Shown: piece by piece, positions 22,225 to 36,844 of the stretch
Layout: every line of letters begins with the position of its first letter
Numbering within the stretch: position 1 is the stretch's first letter
Assembly: GCF_006345805.1 (NCBI RefSeq)
Contig: NC_042997.1
Span: forward strand, 66,278,001 to 66,342,000
From: Octopus sinensis
Lineage: Eukaryota
Length of the DNA: 64,000 nt
Direction: 5' to 3'
The notes under the pieces: generated by a model
Told to the model about the DNA's origin: nothing
Database searches by the model: none
What the model saw: the letters and a program-made list of their open reading frames with translations, nothing else
Made by a program: the position numbers and the translations under genes

Positions 22225-23345
22225 AATTTATTCAATAAAATTGCCATTGGCTTCAACCATGGCCTCTAAACAACTTCAGAATCTCCTGCAACTCTTCTGG
22301 ATGGCCTCCTTATTTAAGTTAGTGAATGAAGCCATAATCCTTGCCTTCAGGTCATCTTTAGTGTTACAAGGAGTTTCGTTGGTCTCTTGCTCAACTGCAC
22401 CTCACACATAATAATCAAGTGGGTTGCAGTCTGGAGAGTTAGGTGGCCAGATGTTAGGAGTGATGTACTTTGCAAAAATTGTCTGACAGCCATGACTAGG
22501 TTCTCCTGCTTGTGTGGCATGGTAAAGAGTCCTGTTACCAGACATAGGGTCTTCCAGCAACTACCCTCTTGACCCGAGCCACACTACCTCCTACAGATAC
22601 TTGATGGAGGCATAACGTTACCATTACTAGTGAACTCTCCAAACTCCATGATGTTGACTGGATGTTTGATTTTTATCACTCTCGGTACATGTTTAGAGAC
22701 ACAGCAAGTCAACAGTTGTTCTGTATGTTCACCATTTGATCCTGGCAGACATTTTATTTGTCTGAGAAAAAACCAAAGCATGTTTGTTGGAGGGGATGTT
22801 TGAGTTTGTTAAAAAACTTCACAGCACAGTCTTTTCTATTGTCCTGGATGGCTTGAGATAAAAACTGGTACAAGAATGCCAAATGTCTTCATGCACTACC
22901 AGCCTGATAAACTCAGATACTCCCATGTCTTTGGTGATGGACCTGGTTAACATAGAGGGATCATTGTCAGTCACGGCCTGGATATCACTGACAAATTCAG
23001 GAGTTCTTTTCTAACCAGAATGATCAGAGTGGGTTTTCCAAGATGCCATACCTTCATAATCACCATTAGATTCATCCAACTCTTTCTGAATCCTCTACAC
23101 TGTCCTCATATTGACACCTAGACACTCTGAAATCTTCATATTGGAGTTTCCGGCATGAATACCAAGCTGCACAGTGCATCATTTCCAAATTTCTGGCAAT
23201 GTGAATTGCATCATAGTGGTGTTTTTCTCACAGACAGTGCCTAGCTGACCCTACTATTTTGTGTAGTCAACAAAATTGAAAACAAACAATGCACTTGCAC
23301 GAAATTAAAAATTTTAAATGGTGACAATTTATCCATCACACCATG
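22225..23345 (-). mobile_element. maT (DD37D) Tc1/mariner-superfamily transposon relic, one end missing
   Basis: KHPVNIM.FG...SNGNVMPP...YVW*QDSLPCHTSRRT*SWLSDNFC(fs)YITPNIWPPNSPDCNPLDYYV; 37 residues between the second and third catalytic D. TIR ...ttatccatcacaccatg then TA at 23345. Confidence 0.85.
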
Positions 23346-23508
23346 TATGTGTATGTGTGTCCTATACATCATCAGCATTAACTTGTATCCAAGTAGTTAA
23401 TCTGTAGCAGGTGATTAAGCCTCTTCATCTTGATGGGTCCCAGTATCTGAGTGGCTGTTCAGGCCAAAAGCAATATAGAGGAACCAGAGGCACTTAGGAG
23501 AGGAGACG

Positions 23509-23547
<39 letters not shown>

Positions 23548-23555
23548 ATACTATA

Positions 23556-24043
23556 GGCGTAGGAGTGGCTGTGTGGTAAGTAGCTTGCTTATCAACCACA
23601 TGGTTCCGGGTTCATTCCCACTGCATGGCACCTTCGGCAAGTGTCTTCTATTATAGCTTCAGGCCGACCAAAGCCTTGTGATGGAAACTGAAAGAAGCTC
23701 GTCGTATATATGTGTATATATATATATATGAGTGTGTATATGTTTGTGTGTCTGTGTTTGTCCCCCCAACATCTCTTGAAAACCGATGGTGGTGTGTTTA
23801 CGTCCCCGTAACTTAGCGGTTTGGTAAAAGAGACCGATAGAATAAGTACTAGGCTTCCAAAGAATAAGTCCTGGGGTCGATTTGCTCGACTAAAGGCGGT
23901 GCTCCAGCAAGGCTGCTGTCAGACTGAAACAAGTAAAAGAGTAAATATATATATATTGGTCTCTCTGTGTGTGTATGTATATGTATGTATGTGTATATAT
24001 ATACATTGTTGTGTTTTTTTTTGTGCTTCTTGTTTGGATTAAC

Positions 24044-24076
<33 letters not shown>

Positions 24077-24593
24077 TATATATATATGTATATATGTATA
24101 TACTATAGGCGTAGGAGTGGCTGTGTGGTAAGTAGCTTGCTTATCAACCACATGGTTCCGGGTTCATTCCCACTGCATGGCACCTTCGGCAAGTGTCTTC
24201 TATTATAGCTTCAGGCCGACCAAAGCCTTGTGATGGAAACTGAAAGAAGCTCGTCGTATATATGTGTATATATATATATATGAGTGTGTATATGTTGTGT
24301 GTCTGTGTTTGTCCCCCCAACATCTCTTGAAAACCGATGGTGGTGTGTTTACGTCCCCGTAACTTAGCGGTTTGGTAAAAGAGACCGATAGAATAAGTAC
24401 TAGGCTTCCAAAGAATAAGTCCTGGGGTCGATTTGCTCGACTAAAGGCGGTGCTCCAGCAAGGCTGCTGTCAGACTGAAACAAGTAAAAGAGTAAATATA
24501 TATATATATTGGTCTCTCTGTGTGTGTATGTATATGTATGTATGTGTATATATATACATTGTTGTGTTTTTTTTTGTGCTTTCTTGTTTGGAT

Positions 24594-24599
<6 letters not shown>
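23556..24599 (+). repeat. Near-identical tandem duplication of a SINE-A plus flank, unit about 552-554 bp
   Basis: ggcgtaggagtgg starts at 23556 and 24108; ggattaac ends at 24043 and 24597. Both copies share private variants. The differences I see are only homopolymer or microsatellite length. Confidence 0.95.
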
Positions 24600-24632
<33 letters not shown>

Positions 24633-25462
24633 GTATGTGTGTGTACATATGTGTTTCACCACCATTTGTCAGTCAGTGTTGGTTGTTTGTTTACATCTCT
24701 GTGCATTGGCAGTTCATCACACATAGACCAATAGAATAAGTACTTGGTTTTGCAAAAAATATTGTACTGAAGGCAATTTGTTCAACTAAATCCTTCCAGA
24801 TGATGCCCTAACATGGCCACAACCCATTGACTGAGAACCAGTAAAAGATAAGACTACATCGTCCAATGTTACCTTCCTTTTTTTTTTAAGATGATAAGGT
24901 GTGATGTGTAGCCAGCTGCTGTTTCTAGCATGTCAGGTACTCTTCATTGACTCCTACATTGGCATAGATATTGGACTACTTGCCAAAATGTTGATAACTC
25001 ATCGTCAGTACTATATTGTTTATGACCAAGACACTTAATTCTTAAATAGTACAATCCACTCAGCTGGAAGTAACCACTGTGATTAGATCAAATTTACTGG
25101 TCTAATCAGCAGGACCATTCTGATACTTAACAAGTGTTTTAAAATAGTTGCTTCAGAAAGAGACAAATGTGAAAAGAGAACTTTCTTGTGTAAAGAACTT
25201 GATGAAAGAAATAGTGATATAATGACTTCTAAGGAAAGTCTGGTTCCAGTCAGATGTATCAAACACGCTATTTATCTGCATGGTGTGTAGCAGACATTGC
25301 ACCTTTGGCATTGATATTTTCAGCCACAATACTATTCCAAAACATTCCAAGATTAACAGAGTCCAAAAATAATTTTATTAAACTTTCAATGAAAAGTTCA
25401 AATCCTTCTCATGTGTTACAGAGACAGGGTGATGGTCTCAAGCAAGTTGACATCCACCAGAT

Positions 25463-25720
25463 TAGCAGTTCCCAAAGTGGGTGGTACTGCCTCTTTGGGG
25501 GTGATGGAAAGATCCAGTAAGGAGCTTAAGAAAAGTAGGTAGGGTGGCCAAAAACAACAAAATAACAGTTAATTAGGTTAAGTTTTATTTGTGAAACAGA
25601 GTTGTTTTAAATTTGCTGCAGAAAGTGATCTATGTTTCTGGTGGTGTGTGAGGTGGGCTCACTAGGAACGTAGCCTGGGTGCCAAGGAGGCAGCAGCCTG
25701 AAAAAGTCTGGGAACCACTT
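25463..25720. mobile_element. hAT (Charlie-like) MITE
   Basis: Degenerate TIRs tagcagttcccaaa and tctgggaaccactt, resembling CAGTGGTTCCCAAA. Confidence 0.55.
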
Positions 25721-26099
25721 CCTTAGATCATCATCATTGACATCATCATTTAATGTCCATTTTCCCTGCTGGCATGAGTTGGACAGTTTGACAGGAGTTG
25801 TCAAGCCAAAAGACTACACCAAAACCTACTGTCTGCTTTGGCAAGGTTTTTATGGATGGAGGCTCTTGCTAAAAACATTGAATGTAGATTCATCCTTTAA
25901 TTTGGAGGTTTCCAAAAAAGATTTCTAATGTTGATTCTTCATATTTTGCTGGTAGTTTACAGGTGTAAATTTGTGAAGATATGAAAGTAATACTTGCATA
26001 TGATGTGTGGTGAATTTATAGAAAGAAGTCTCATTAAATTGATGAGATTTATGGGACTTCTTTCCATAAATTAACCACACATCATATATATATTTACAT

Positions 26100-26380
26100 A
26101 AAAGCACCATCCGTTCGTGTCCATTGCCAGCCTCGCCTGGCCCCCGTGCCGGTGGCACGTAAAAGCACCATCTGTTCGTGGCCGTTTGCCAGCTCTGTCT
26201 GGCACGTAAAAAGCACCCACTACACTCACGGAGTGGTTGGCGTTAGGAAGGGCATCCAGCCGTAGAAACACTGCCAGATCTGACTGGGCCTGATGAAGCC
26301 TTCCGGCTTCACAGACCCCAGTTGAACCGTCCAACCCATGCTAGCATGAAAAACGGACGCTAAATGATGATGATGATGAT
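26100..26380 (+). mobile_element. RTE LINE 3' terminal fragment, young subfamily
   Basis: gcacgtaaaaagcacc...gtggttggcgttaggaagggcatccagccgtagaaac...cggacgctaaa(tga)n with CpGs retained; near-identical to 32125-32370. Confidence 0.8.
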
Positions 26381-26834
26381 GATATATATATATATATATA
26401 TGAGAAAAAGAAGAAAATGGAGAAGTTGACATATAGACATCAGTTTATTCAAAGATATTCAAATCAATGTAATATGAAATTCTTATCCCTACAGCCATTT
26501 CCATGTCTAATTAATTCAATTAGAGAAATTAAATTAATTTAAAATTTTCATATTGAAACTGGTTAATGATATTTCATCAGGGGCGAATTTTCAGAAAGGA
26601 GCTACATTCCGTGTTGGTCAACCCTTGACAGACTCGGATGTGTGCGTTTTGGTAATGTATGTATTAAAGACACCATTATGAGTATATATACATATAAACA
26701 AATATGTATGATATAGTTGTGTGCATGCATTTGTAATACATAATAGTTGTTACTGGTGGTGGTGTTGCAGTTAGGGTGAACTAGGTGTTATAGAAAGAGA
26801 GAGAGCGGTAACATTCATCATGTAATTGTGTGTT

Positions 26835-27266
26835 TTATATGCCACCAGCACGGGTATCACAACTACAGTTTCCATTTGATTTTTATTTTGATGTTGATGT
26901 ACTTGACTCAATAGGTCTCCTCAAGCACATCGGGTTGCCCTACGATCCAAGGTAAGCACAGCAGGCCGTCCTGCGAGCCATGAACTCACTTCGTTTGTTG
27001 AATCTTTGCAGTCACAGCATATCTCCAGAGGTCTTGGTCTTTCATCATTGCCTCTGTGAAGCCCAGCGTTTGAAGGCCATGCTTGACCACCTCATCCCAT
27101 GTCTTCCTGGGTCTACCTCTACCCCAGATTCCTTCAACTGTTTGGGAGTGGCACTTCTTCACACATCTCTCCTCATCCATCCGTAGTATATGACCATACC
27201 AATGCAAACGTCTCTCCTGCATGCCACATCTGATGCTTCTTATGTCCAACATTTCTTTCAGGGCGC
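26835..27266 (-). mobile_element. RTE LINE ORF2 C-terminus plus start of 3'UTR
   Basis: ALKEMLDIRSIRCGMQERRLHWYGHILRMDEERCVKKCHSQTVEGIWGRGRPRKTWDEVV...LWRYAV (RL.WYGH..RM / GRGRP.KTW motifs). Confidence 0.9.
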
Positions 27267-27772
27267 ATATATATATATATATTATATAAAGATAAATTAA
27301 AAAGAGAGATACTATTGACAATCCAACAATTTATTTATATTATAATATTACATGATATACTATGAATATAATATATCATAGTATTGTATATAACATAAAC
27401 AATTATTTTAAAAAACCATAAAAGGCCAACAAATTGTTTTGACTTATGTACACTTTAAGTTTCCTTATATATAAGTCACTTCAAGGTCATGGTTTAAAGA
27501 TAGACGAAATTCCATGTGAAAGGACGGCTGGATTGTAAAAATTAATTCAAATGTCTATGTATTATGAACATGAGCGTTAACTATTCAATCATACATCAAT
27601 TACAATTAAAAAACAACAAAAATACTCTAACAGATTTAATTTATCTTTGTAATTGCATTATACCCATATTTTTATTTGGTATTCAACTGATGTACCAATG
27701 AATTGGATATTTAACACACCCCTTTGAAGGATCTCTTTTCCTCAGTTTGTTAGTTTATATATATATATATAT

Positions 27773-28335
27773 ATCACCTGGATTGGCCAGGCTTTCTGGT
27801 GCTGAGTCGGCTCGGCTGGCCACAGCATTTTCTCCATTCCACTCATGTTCACATCATGCTCAAAACATTTTTCTTAAATCATCTTTCCACCTGATTGGAG
27901 GTCTTCCAACTGGTCTCTTCTACTCATGCATGTACCACTCGACAACTGCACAGGTCCACCTTACGACATGAGACTTGCCCATCATAGCTTTGTGTGGTGG
28001 TATTCTGTGATAGTGTCCTTCACTCCAGTTGTATCCCTAATCTCCTCATTCTGGATATGACTGCTTAGCAAGATTCCCAGCATCAACCTTTCCATGGCTC
28101 TCTGTGCCATAAGCAGATGTTGTTGTCTCTTCATCAAAGCCCACGTCTCACATGTGTATAGCATTTCAGGCAAGACTGTGCTGTGGAAGAGATTGGCACA
28201 AGTTGCCTTGTCTAGGTTCACCTTCAGTACATCCTTCACCAGGTTGAACACTCTCCATCCTGCTCTTACTCTTCATGAGATTTCATTCTTAATCTCCCAC
28301 CTCATAGTCACTTCTTGACCAAGATTCACATACAC
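27773..28335 (-). mobile_element. Second RTE lineage (RTE-1-like) ORF2 C-terminus
   Basis: LFHSTVLPEMLYTCETWALMK...QRAMERLMLGI...HIQNEEIRDTTGVKD...EWY...KRPVGRPPIRWKDD. Confidence 0.85.
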
Positions 28336-28524
28336 ACCCAAGGTGCTACGCACTGGGAGTGAACCCAGAACCATGTGGTTGGGAAACAAGCTTGTTACCA
28401 CTCAGCCACACCTGCACCTAATATAAGTATATAAATATCATCATCATCATGTGTATGTGTATACATACACAGCGGATTCCGCACAGCTTCCATCTACCAT
28501 TTTTATTTGCATACCGTTGGTCAG

Positions 28525-28748
28525 TTAACCCTTTAGTGTTTAAACCGGCCATATCTGGCTCAGATATTCTACAAGTTTTATATTCAAACTGGCCATATCT
28601 AGCCTCTTACACCTAACCTACATTGACATTCTAAAAATAAACAATCACATTATTGAAACCTCAAAGCTATAAGATAATGCATGATTAATTCAAAACAATT
28701 TGAAAAAGTATTACATTTAACAGAGTAATCTGAACACTAAAGAGTTAA
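28525..28748 (+). mobile_element. piggyBac-type MITE with TTAA target duplication
   Basis: TTAA(28525-28528)-CCCTTTAG ... CTAAAGAG-TTAA(28745-28748). Confidence 0.85.
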
Positions 28749-29090
28749 AGGCTTATAATAGAACTTGTGCCACACAATGGAATCAAACCTAAGACCACAT
28801 GGTTGCAAAGAGAACTTCTTAAGCACACAACCATCCATGCCCACCGCCATAAAAATGTTAGGCACTTTTGCTAACAACTATATGTTTTCTTTCCTACTCC
28901 ACCCCCACCCACATCCACCGCCGATGCAGTTGCACAATTGCTGCATCTCAGTTAACATCAAAACATTGCGTATCTACTTACCAGGCCTACAACATTGATT
29001 ATGGAACTCTATTATTTTTGCAACTCGCATCATATAATATACATGTGTGTGTATGTATATATATATATATGCACACACACACATATATAC

Positions 29091-29133
<43 letters not shown>

Positions 29134-29199
29134 CATACATACACATATACATATATACTCATACATACACATCTATATATACAGATATATATGTGTTTG

Positions 29200-29233
<34 letters not shown>

Positions 29234-30039
29234 CTTATGTGTGTGTATGTATACATATAGATATACACATACACATATACATATATATAATAGCTGCCTT
29301 TCTCTGAAAACTTGCTCTTTCTGGTAAAGAAATTTTTTTTATTATTTATTTTATTCAATATTTTTTTTATTTTTTTAATATTTTTTGAAACTTTTGATAA
29401 TTCAATGTTGCATTTGGACATTTTCAAGTTATCGAAGCAAGGATTTTCACAGCTGAGTGCTCTTTCTACAGCTAACAACTCAACTCTGGTGTGGAGCCAA
29501 GGAAGCTGAAACAAGCAGACAAATGTCTTCTCGTCTACACAACGCTACAAGCCAACATCTATGTGGTCATTCAACCAGCTAGAAATAGCAACTTAATCTC
29601 TACCCCCATTACAAACTTACTATCTTTAAAGCTATGTTGGGTGAAATTTACATTGAATATCATCCTTCGAAACACTTCATGAATAAAAATGGAGAGGTCG
29701 TGCTTGGTTCTACTCAATCATAGATCTACTCAATCGGGGCTGACCTTGGTTAAACAACAACAAGAGCACAATTGCCCTACCAAGGTTTGAACTGTTGACC
29801 AAATGGTTTACATGTAGTCCAGCTGTACTTTGCCTCACGTTTCTACCTTTATAGAAATTGCTATTAAATGAAAATATAAATGTGCCTATAAAATACTAAA
29901 CATGATCTCTGGGTGACTTTAATCAGAATGTGCTATCTTCATTACTGTTAACCATCAACATCATTGTAATTTAATGGTTATATAATTAGATTTATAATTA
30001 CAGATACTCACACACACATAGACATGCACAAGCATATAC

Positions 30040-30093
30040 TCCTACTCATGTTCTCTTTTATCTCCTGCTCTGTCGTACACACACACATATACA

Positions 30094-30153
<60 letters not shown>

Positions 30154-30389
30154 CTATGTCTGTCTCTGTTTCCCTTTTTCGTAGATGCAAACATTAACAC
30201 ATACTCTCTGTCTATCTCTTTCCTCTCTCTGTCCTCTTTCTCTCTCTCTTTCTCAGACATACATGACCACACAGGCTTTCTCTCTCTATTTTCTCTTTCT
30301 CTCTCTATTTTCTCTTCTCTCTCTATTTTTGAGTCATATATGAACACAGTGTCTCTTTCTCTCCTTCTCTCTGTCTCTCTCTTCTCTCT

Positions 30390-30449
<60 letters not shown>

Positions 30450-30490
30450 ACATACATGAGCACAAGCAGACTTTCTCTCTCTTTCTGACA
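30040..30490. repeat. Compound (TA)n/(CT)n microsatellite
   Basis: Direct reading. It explains the ERERER and SLSLSL ORFs in the track. Confidence 0.95.
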
Positions 30491-30883
30491 TTTATAAACA
30501 ACCATACACATGCTACATACAGAGATATACAACATATTTTATCCATTAAAGGTAAACCTAATGAACCGTATTAAAGTCATATTTTGTTACAGAACTACTC
30601 TTCTAAATCAATAGATTAATATCTTAAATTGGTACTGTTCTCTCAGTTTTAATTATTTATCACATAATCAAAAGATGACAAATTTTAAAGACTGAATTTG
30701 CTCAATTTAATCACCACCATTATATAACTGGTACTTGTTTTATCAATTACTGAAGGGGTGAAAGGTAAAAATTGCAAGTAGAATATAAAAGGACATAACA
30801 AAATAGCAGAAGGCATTTTAATGATGCTCCACCGATTCAGCTGTCTACTATGGAGGTGCAGTTAATTGTTGTTTGTCTAGATC

Positions 30884-31110
30884 AGTGTTTTCTCAACCTT
30901 TTTTTACCTATGGACCCCTTTGATTTCTATTTTACTTGGATTGACCCTCATACCCCTCCAATGTTTAAAAAAAAAATTCTGTTATATTTTTATAATTAAA
31001 TATTAATAAAAGCTGTTAAAATATTTTGGGTATTGTAGAAGTATAGCTAATTTATTGCACATAAATTTTAATGACAAAATCGTATATGGACCCCCCCAGG
31101 GCCATATGGT
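30884..31110 (+). mobile_element. hAT-type MITE fragment (CAGTGGTTCTCAAC family)
   Basis: Starts cagtgttttctcaacc. Related pieces at 37813-37940, 41530-41738 (ends ggttgagaaccactg) and 42205-42400. Confidence 0.6.
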
Positions 31111-33654
31111 TGCATTTCTTATTATTGCATTACAAAGCTAAATTTATATATCTACACTTGTTTTACTTAGTGCATATTAGTAAAGTGCGAAGGTGCACTT
31201 TTTTACTGTATAATTGTTCCAATGTCCACCGAACCTTTCACTTATACTCCAAGCTGTTTCTCCTTTATAAGTTTCAGGGAAGTTTGCACATGATCATGAT
31301 TCTTCTTGGCATCTTATACAGAATACTATATTTTTAGGTGTGACACTTTGTGGCACAGCCATTTTGGTGTTACTCATTCAGTGCGGACATATTTGACATC
31401 AGATGTTTTAATGTTTCTCAAATTCTCTCCTTCCTCACTTTCTCTGTTTATATGTGTGAACCTAATTCTCTTTATGTGTATGACGAGAGGGAAAATGTTT
31501 ATCTTCATTGTGTTTGATTAATAAATTGTAATGTCTTTTTCTTTCTCTTTTACTCTCTCTAATTGTATATATATATTTCTGTGTGCACATGTATATTTGT
31601 GTGTGTGTGGCCTCCTGTGCCAAAACAAGCTCAGTGTCCAGTCAGCCTTGCATCCAAACAGCTATACCCAATTGTTTCATTCTATATTTTTTGGCACTGA
31701 TATGTGGCTTTGTAGCATACACCTTATGATTATTTTTCCTGATATACTTATCAAAAGGATAAGTCTTATGAATGATTAACTTGATGAATTTACATGGTTT
31801 TTTGCCATGACTTTAATACTGTAATTTGATTCTCAAGGGATTTCCCTAAATCTGTTTAGCTATTTCACCATTGGATGCGACATACACAAACTTTACATTG
31901 TCTTTCACTTGTTTCAGTCATTAGACTGTGACCATGCTGAGGCACCACTTTGAAGAGTCTTAGTTTTAGTTGAACAAATCGACCCCAGTACTCATTTGTT
32001 TGTAAAGCTTGGTACTTATTCTGTCAGTCCCTTTTGCTGAACTGGATATGTGTGTGTGTTTGTATAATAATTAATTATATCTTTCATTACATGCTGGCTA
32101 CTTCATAAAATCTTATAAAGATTTTGCACGTAAAAAGCACCATCCGATCGTGGCCGTTTGCCAGCCTCGTCTGGCACCTGTGCTGGTGGCATGTAAAAAG
32201 CACCCACTACACTCACAGAGTGGTTGGTGTTAGGAAGGGCATCCAGCCGTAGAAACATTGCCAGATCAGACTGGGCCTGGTGCAGCCTTCTGGCTTCCCA
32301 GACCCCAGTTGAACCGTCCAACCCATGCTATCATGGAAAGCGGACGCTAAATGATGATGATGATGATGATATATATATAACAGGCTTCTTTCAGCCCACC
32401 AAATTCACTCACAAGGCTTCGGTACTCCTGATACTATGTGGATGACACTTGCCCAAGTCATCATGCAGTTGGACTGAACCCAGAACCATATGGTTGGGAA
32501 GCAAACTTCTTACCACTCAGCCATGCCTGCTCCTATTATGAATCTTATTATCATACTATATACTAATCTTAACTATTGTATTATTTTCCCTGAATTTCCT
32601 ATTCCAGAATTTGTTATAATATAAAGAGCATACGGTGAAATAAATCATCTACATGATTTTTTTTATATTTCCAAACCTTTTCTTGGCTCCGTTATATATC
32701 TTGAGTCTATATCTTTGTGTATAACAGATAACTACATTCAAAGATAAAAGAACACAAGGCTGCACATTTGTGACACGTTCCTCATTACTTTTATGACATC
32801 TGCCATTAAGATGTCCAGTTTGGCAGTTTTTCAAGCATATCAATTTTTATTATCATCATCATTATATATTATTATTTTATAAGAAACATTATATAAGAGA
32901 TAATTCATCATCATCATCCTCATTATTATCATCATATTACTATTATTATAATTATTAAGTTGATGAGCTGGTAGAATCATTAGCACGGTGGACTAAATGC
33001 TTAGCGGTATTTTACTCATTGCTATGTTCTGAGTTCAAATTCCACTGAAGTCAACTTTACCTTTCATCCTTCTGGGGGTCGATAAAATAAGTACCAGTTG
33101 AACACTGGGGTCAATGTAATCAACTCATACCCTCCTCGAAAATTACTGCCCTTGTGGCTAAATTTGAAGCCATTTTTATTGTTGTTGTTAAGGCAGCAAA
33201 TTGTCAAAGTCATTAACTTGCCAGGCAAAATGCTTAGCAGCATTTTGCATATCTTTATGTCCTGGGTTCAAATTCCACCAAGGTCAACATTGCCTTCCCC
33301 TGAAATTGCTGGCCTTGTGCCAAAATATGAAATCATTTTTATTTTCATCATTAATTGGTTTGTCACAGATTTTCTATAATGCATGTAGCATATGCACAGT
33401 TTTGATTTACCATTAATGGTTATGTTTTCTCTCCATAACACAGTATCTTGTAGTTTAATTACCCTCCTTTTGGGATGTCTGAAGGGATTGTCAATAATGA
33501 TTTTTATACTGTTGTTGATGGAAATTTCTTTGTGTTGTATATGTAGTGCATTCGTCATCCCCTTGACTGTTAGTTTGAGGATATTATAATTCCAAGACTA
33601 ATGTCATCAACATAATGAGACTGCAGTGATACAATTATGCTAGCAAAATTTTTA

Positions 33655-34052
33655 TTTTTTTGTCTTTGGTCAGTAGGTATTATTTCCTATTTCCTTCCAT
33701 CCAGAAATCCAAAGAAATGACTACTATTCCCTTCAAATTTTGCTTTTGGGATCTGGACATCAATGTTTTGAAACTGATCTATTTTCTATTACATTTCAGA
33801 CAGAGTCACCATTGAGTTGTTGAAGCAGAAATATCGTTATAGCAAATATTCTGCTCAGTATCACAGATTTGCTTGGCATTTGCTTGACCTTAACCAGTTG
33901 ATCATGTCCCTTAGTGGCTGATAATATGTGCATCTCTGATCATGAGCAGAAGTAGTTGGGTAGCATCATAGCCATGTGTTGGGAGGGATTCTTAGGGGTT
34001 TGAATAAATGTAACAAAAGCAAAGTTTGAAGGAAATATTAACCATTTTCATA
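33655..34052 (+). mobile_element. Interspersed repeat of about 400 bp with sub-terminal inverted repeats (MITE-like); second copy at 43295-43692
   Basis: The two copies align along their length. cttcaaa(t/c)tttgctttt near the left end is complementary to aaaagcaaagtttgaag near the right end. Confidence 0.75.
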
Positions 34053-35020
34053 CTTTTAATGCCCACTTTTCCATGCTCACATGGATCAGATTGAATTCAG
34101 CGAAGCAAGTTCACTGTGGCTAGATACCCTTCCTGTTGCTATCTTGTTTCCAAATAAAATGATATATTCTCCATAGCTGGACATAGATCATTGGAAATGA
34201 AAGATATTACTTGAGCAGCAGTGGTGCCCATTTGCAACTATCACATGATGTTATGTATCCTTGTCTTGACAAGGACACACTAACACACATACACATAAAC
34301 ACACATATATACATAAACACACACACATATGTATTCTTTTATGTTATTTATTTTTTTACTTGTTTCAGTCATTTGACTGCAGCCATGGTGGAACACCACC
34401 TTTAGTCGAGCAAACTGACCCCAGGACTTATTCTTTGCACCCTCGTACTTATTCTATTGGTCTCTCTTGCCGAGCCGCTAAGTTATGGGGACGTAAACAC
34501 AGCAAATAGGTTGTCAAGTGTTGTTGGGGGAAAACACAGACACACAAACTCACTCACACACATATATATACGACAGGCTTCTTTCGGTTTCCATCTACCA
34601 AATCCACTCACAAAGCTTTGGTTGGCTCGAGACTGTAGTAGAAGATACTTTCCCAAGATGCCATGTGTATATATATTTCAAGGGTTGAACAGAAAGAACA
34701 CAACAAAAAGAAAAATTAGATGAAAACACAGCAAACAGAAAATTAGACAAAATCATGAGACACAAAAAAATTCATAGTCGATATCCTTCTCAGTCAATGA
34801 CCAAGACATCCTGATGGTTTCGTGCTTTATATACATATCTGTATGTATATATATGTATATATGTGTATGAGTATATATATAAATATATACTCACACACTT
34901 TTGGGCTCAATAAAATAAGTGCCAGTTCAACACTGGGACCGATGTAATTGACTATTCCCCTCCCACATACTTCAGGCCTTGTGCCTATAACTGAAAGGAT
35001 TATTGTTACTATTATTGTTG

Positions 35021-35058
<38 letters not shown>

Positions 35059-35699
35059 TAAGGCAGTGAGCTGGCAGAATTGTTAGCTCGCTGGACAGAA
35101 TGCTTAGTGGTATTTCACCCTCACTATGTTCTGAATTCAAATTCCACAAAAGTTGACTTTGCCTTTCATCCTTTCGGGGTCAATAAATTAAGTACCAGTT
35201 ATGCACTGTGGTCAATGTAATCGACTGCCCCCTCCCCCAGAATTTCATGCCTTGTGCCTATTGTAGAAATAATTATTATTATTTAAGGCAGCAAGCTGGC
35301 AAAATTGTTTGAACACTGGATAAAATGCTTAGTGGTATTTTGTCTGCCACTAAGTTCTGAGTTCAAATTCCACCAAGGTCAACTTTGTTTTTCATCCTTT
35401 TGAGGTTGATAAATTAAGTAGTAGTTGTGTACTGGAGTCAATCTAATCGACTGGCCCCTTCCCCCAAAATTTCAGGCCTTGTGTCTATAGCAGAAAGAAT
35501 TATTTATTTATTTGTTCTTTCAAAGAAATTGATCGGTTGTTAGAGATAAAAGTGATTCATTTGTCAGAATGTAATTAGATGGACTGATCGACTTCACAGT
35601 GCTGTAAAACCACAAGTTGAAAAATATTAATCTACAAACATCATGTTTGTCATTAAAGGGTAATTAAAATTCATTAAATTATGTGACATAGCTATTCTT

Positions 35700-36466
<767 letters not shown>

Positions 36467-36844
36467 GATAGTCGCATTCAATCAATCAAATTGGATGTGA
36501 TTAAAATTCAAATATTTAGCCTAGATATAATTTCTTTATACTTTGAGGAGAATTTTCCATCCATTTTTTTCCTTTTTCTATTCCATGTTTCTCTTTCGCC
36601 AGAATGTCTTACCTAGATCTGTTATTACATCTTTTATTGGCATTGCTATATTTCTGTATACACACACACACACACTTATATATTAATGCTTGTTTTTATG
36701 CTTAGTTATAATAAAAGCAATTTTACATTAATCTGATGGGTAACTCTGACTTTGATTTAGTTGGCCAAAACTTCAAAGTCACTATCAACAACATTTTTGT
36801 ATGAGAATAATATATATGTATGTGTATATATATACATATATATA

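Noticed and set aside
21995-22225. CpG-retaining (TA)n-flanked segment with small palindromes (AACGCGTT, ggatat-aa-atatcc)
   Set aside because: Probably another young repeat, but no ribozyme core or coding motif could be supported.
23505-24630. Possible CRISPR-like or satellite array
   Set aside because: Only two long units and no repeat-spacer structure. Nothing CRISPR-like or prokaryotic was seen anywhere in the window.
24968-25015. Minus-strand CTGACGA-tgag...aagtagtc-caatat
   Set aside because: GAAA is absent, helix II is unpaired and helix I needs a 2-nt bulge.
26288-26315. CTGATGA followed by the hairpin aagcc-ttcc-ggctt
   Set aside because: No GAAA follows, and the sister copy at 32275-32300 lacks the CTGATGA.
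27700-27755. CTGAGGA near the end of a (TA)n-flanked unknown element (minus strand)
   Set aside because: A helix-I-like pairing exists but GAAA and the UH site are not recognisable. Too decayed to call, though worth checking in a family consensus.
28868-30546. Many 60-150 aa ORFs rich in YIYI, CVCV and ERER
   Set aside because: Translations of (TA)n, (TG)n and (GA)n repeats.
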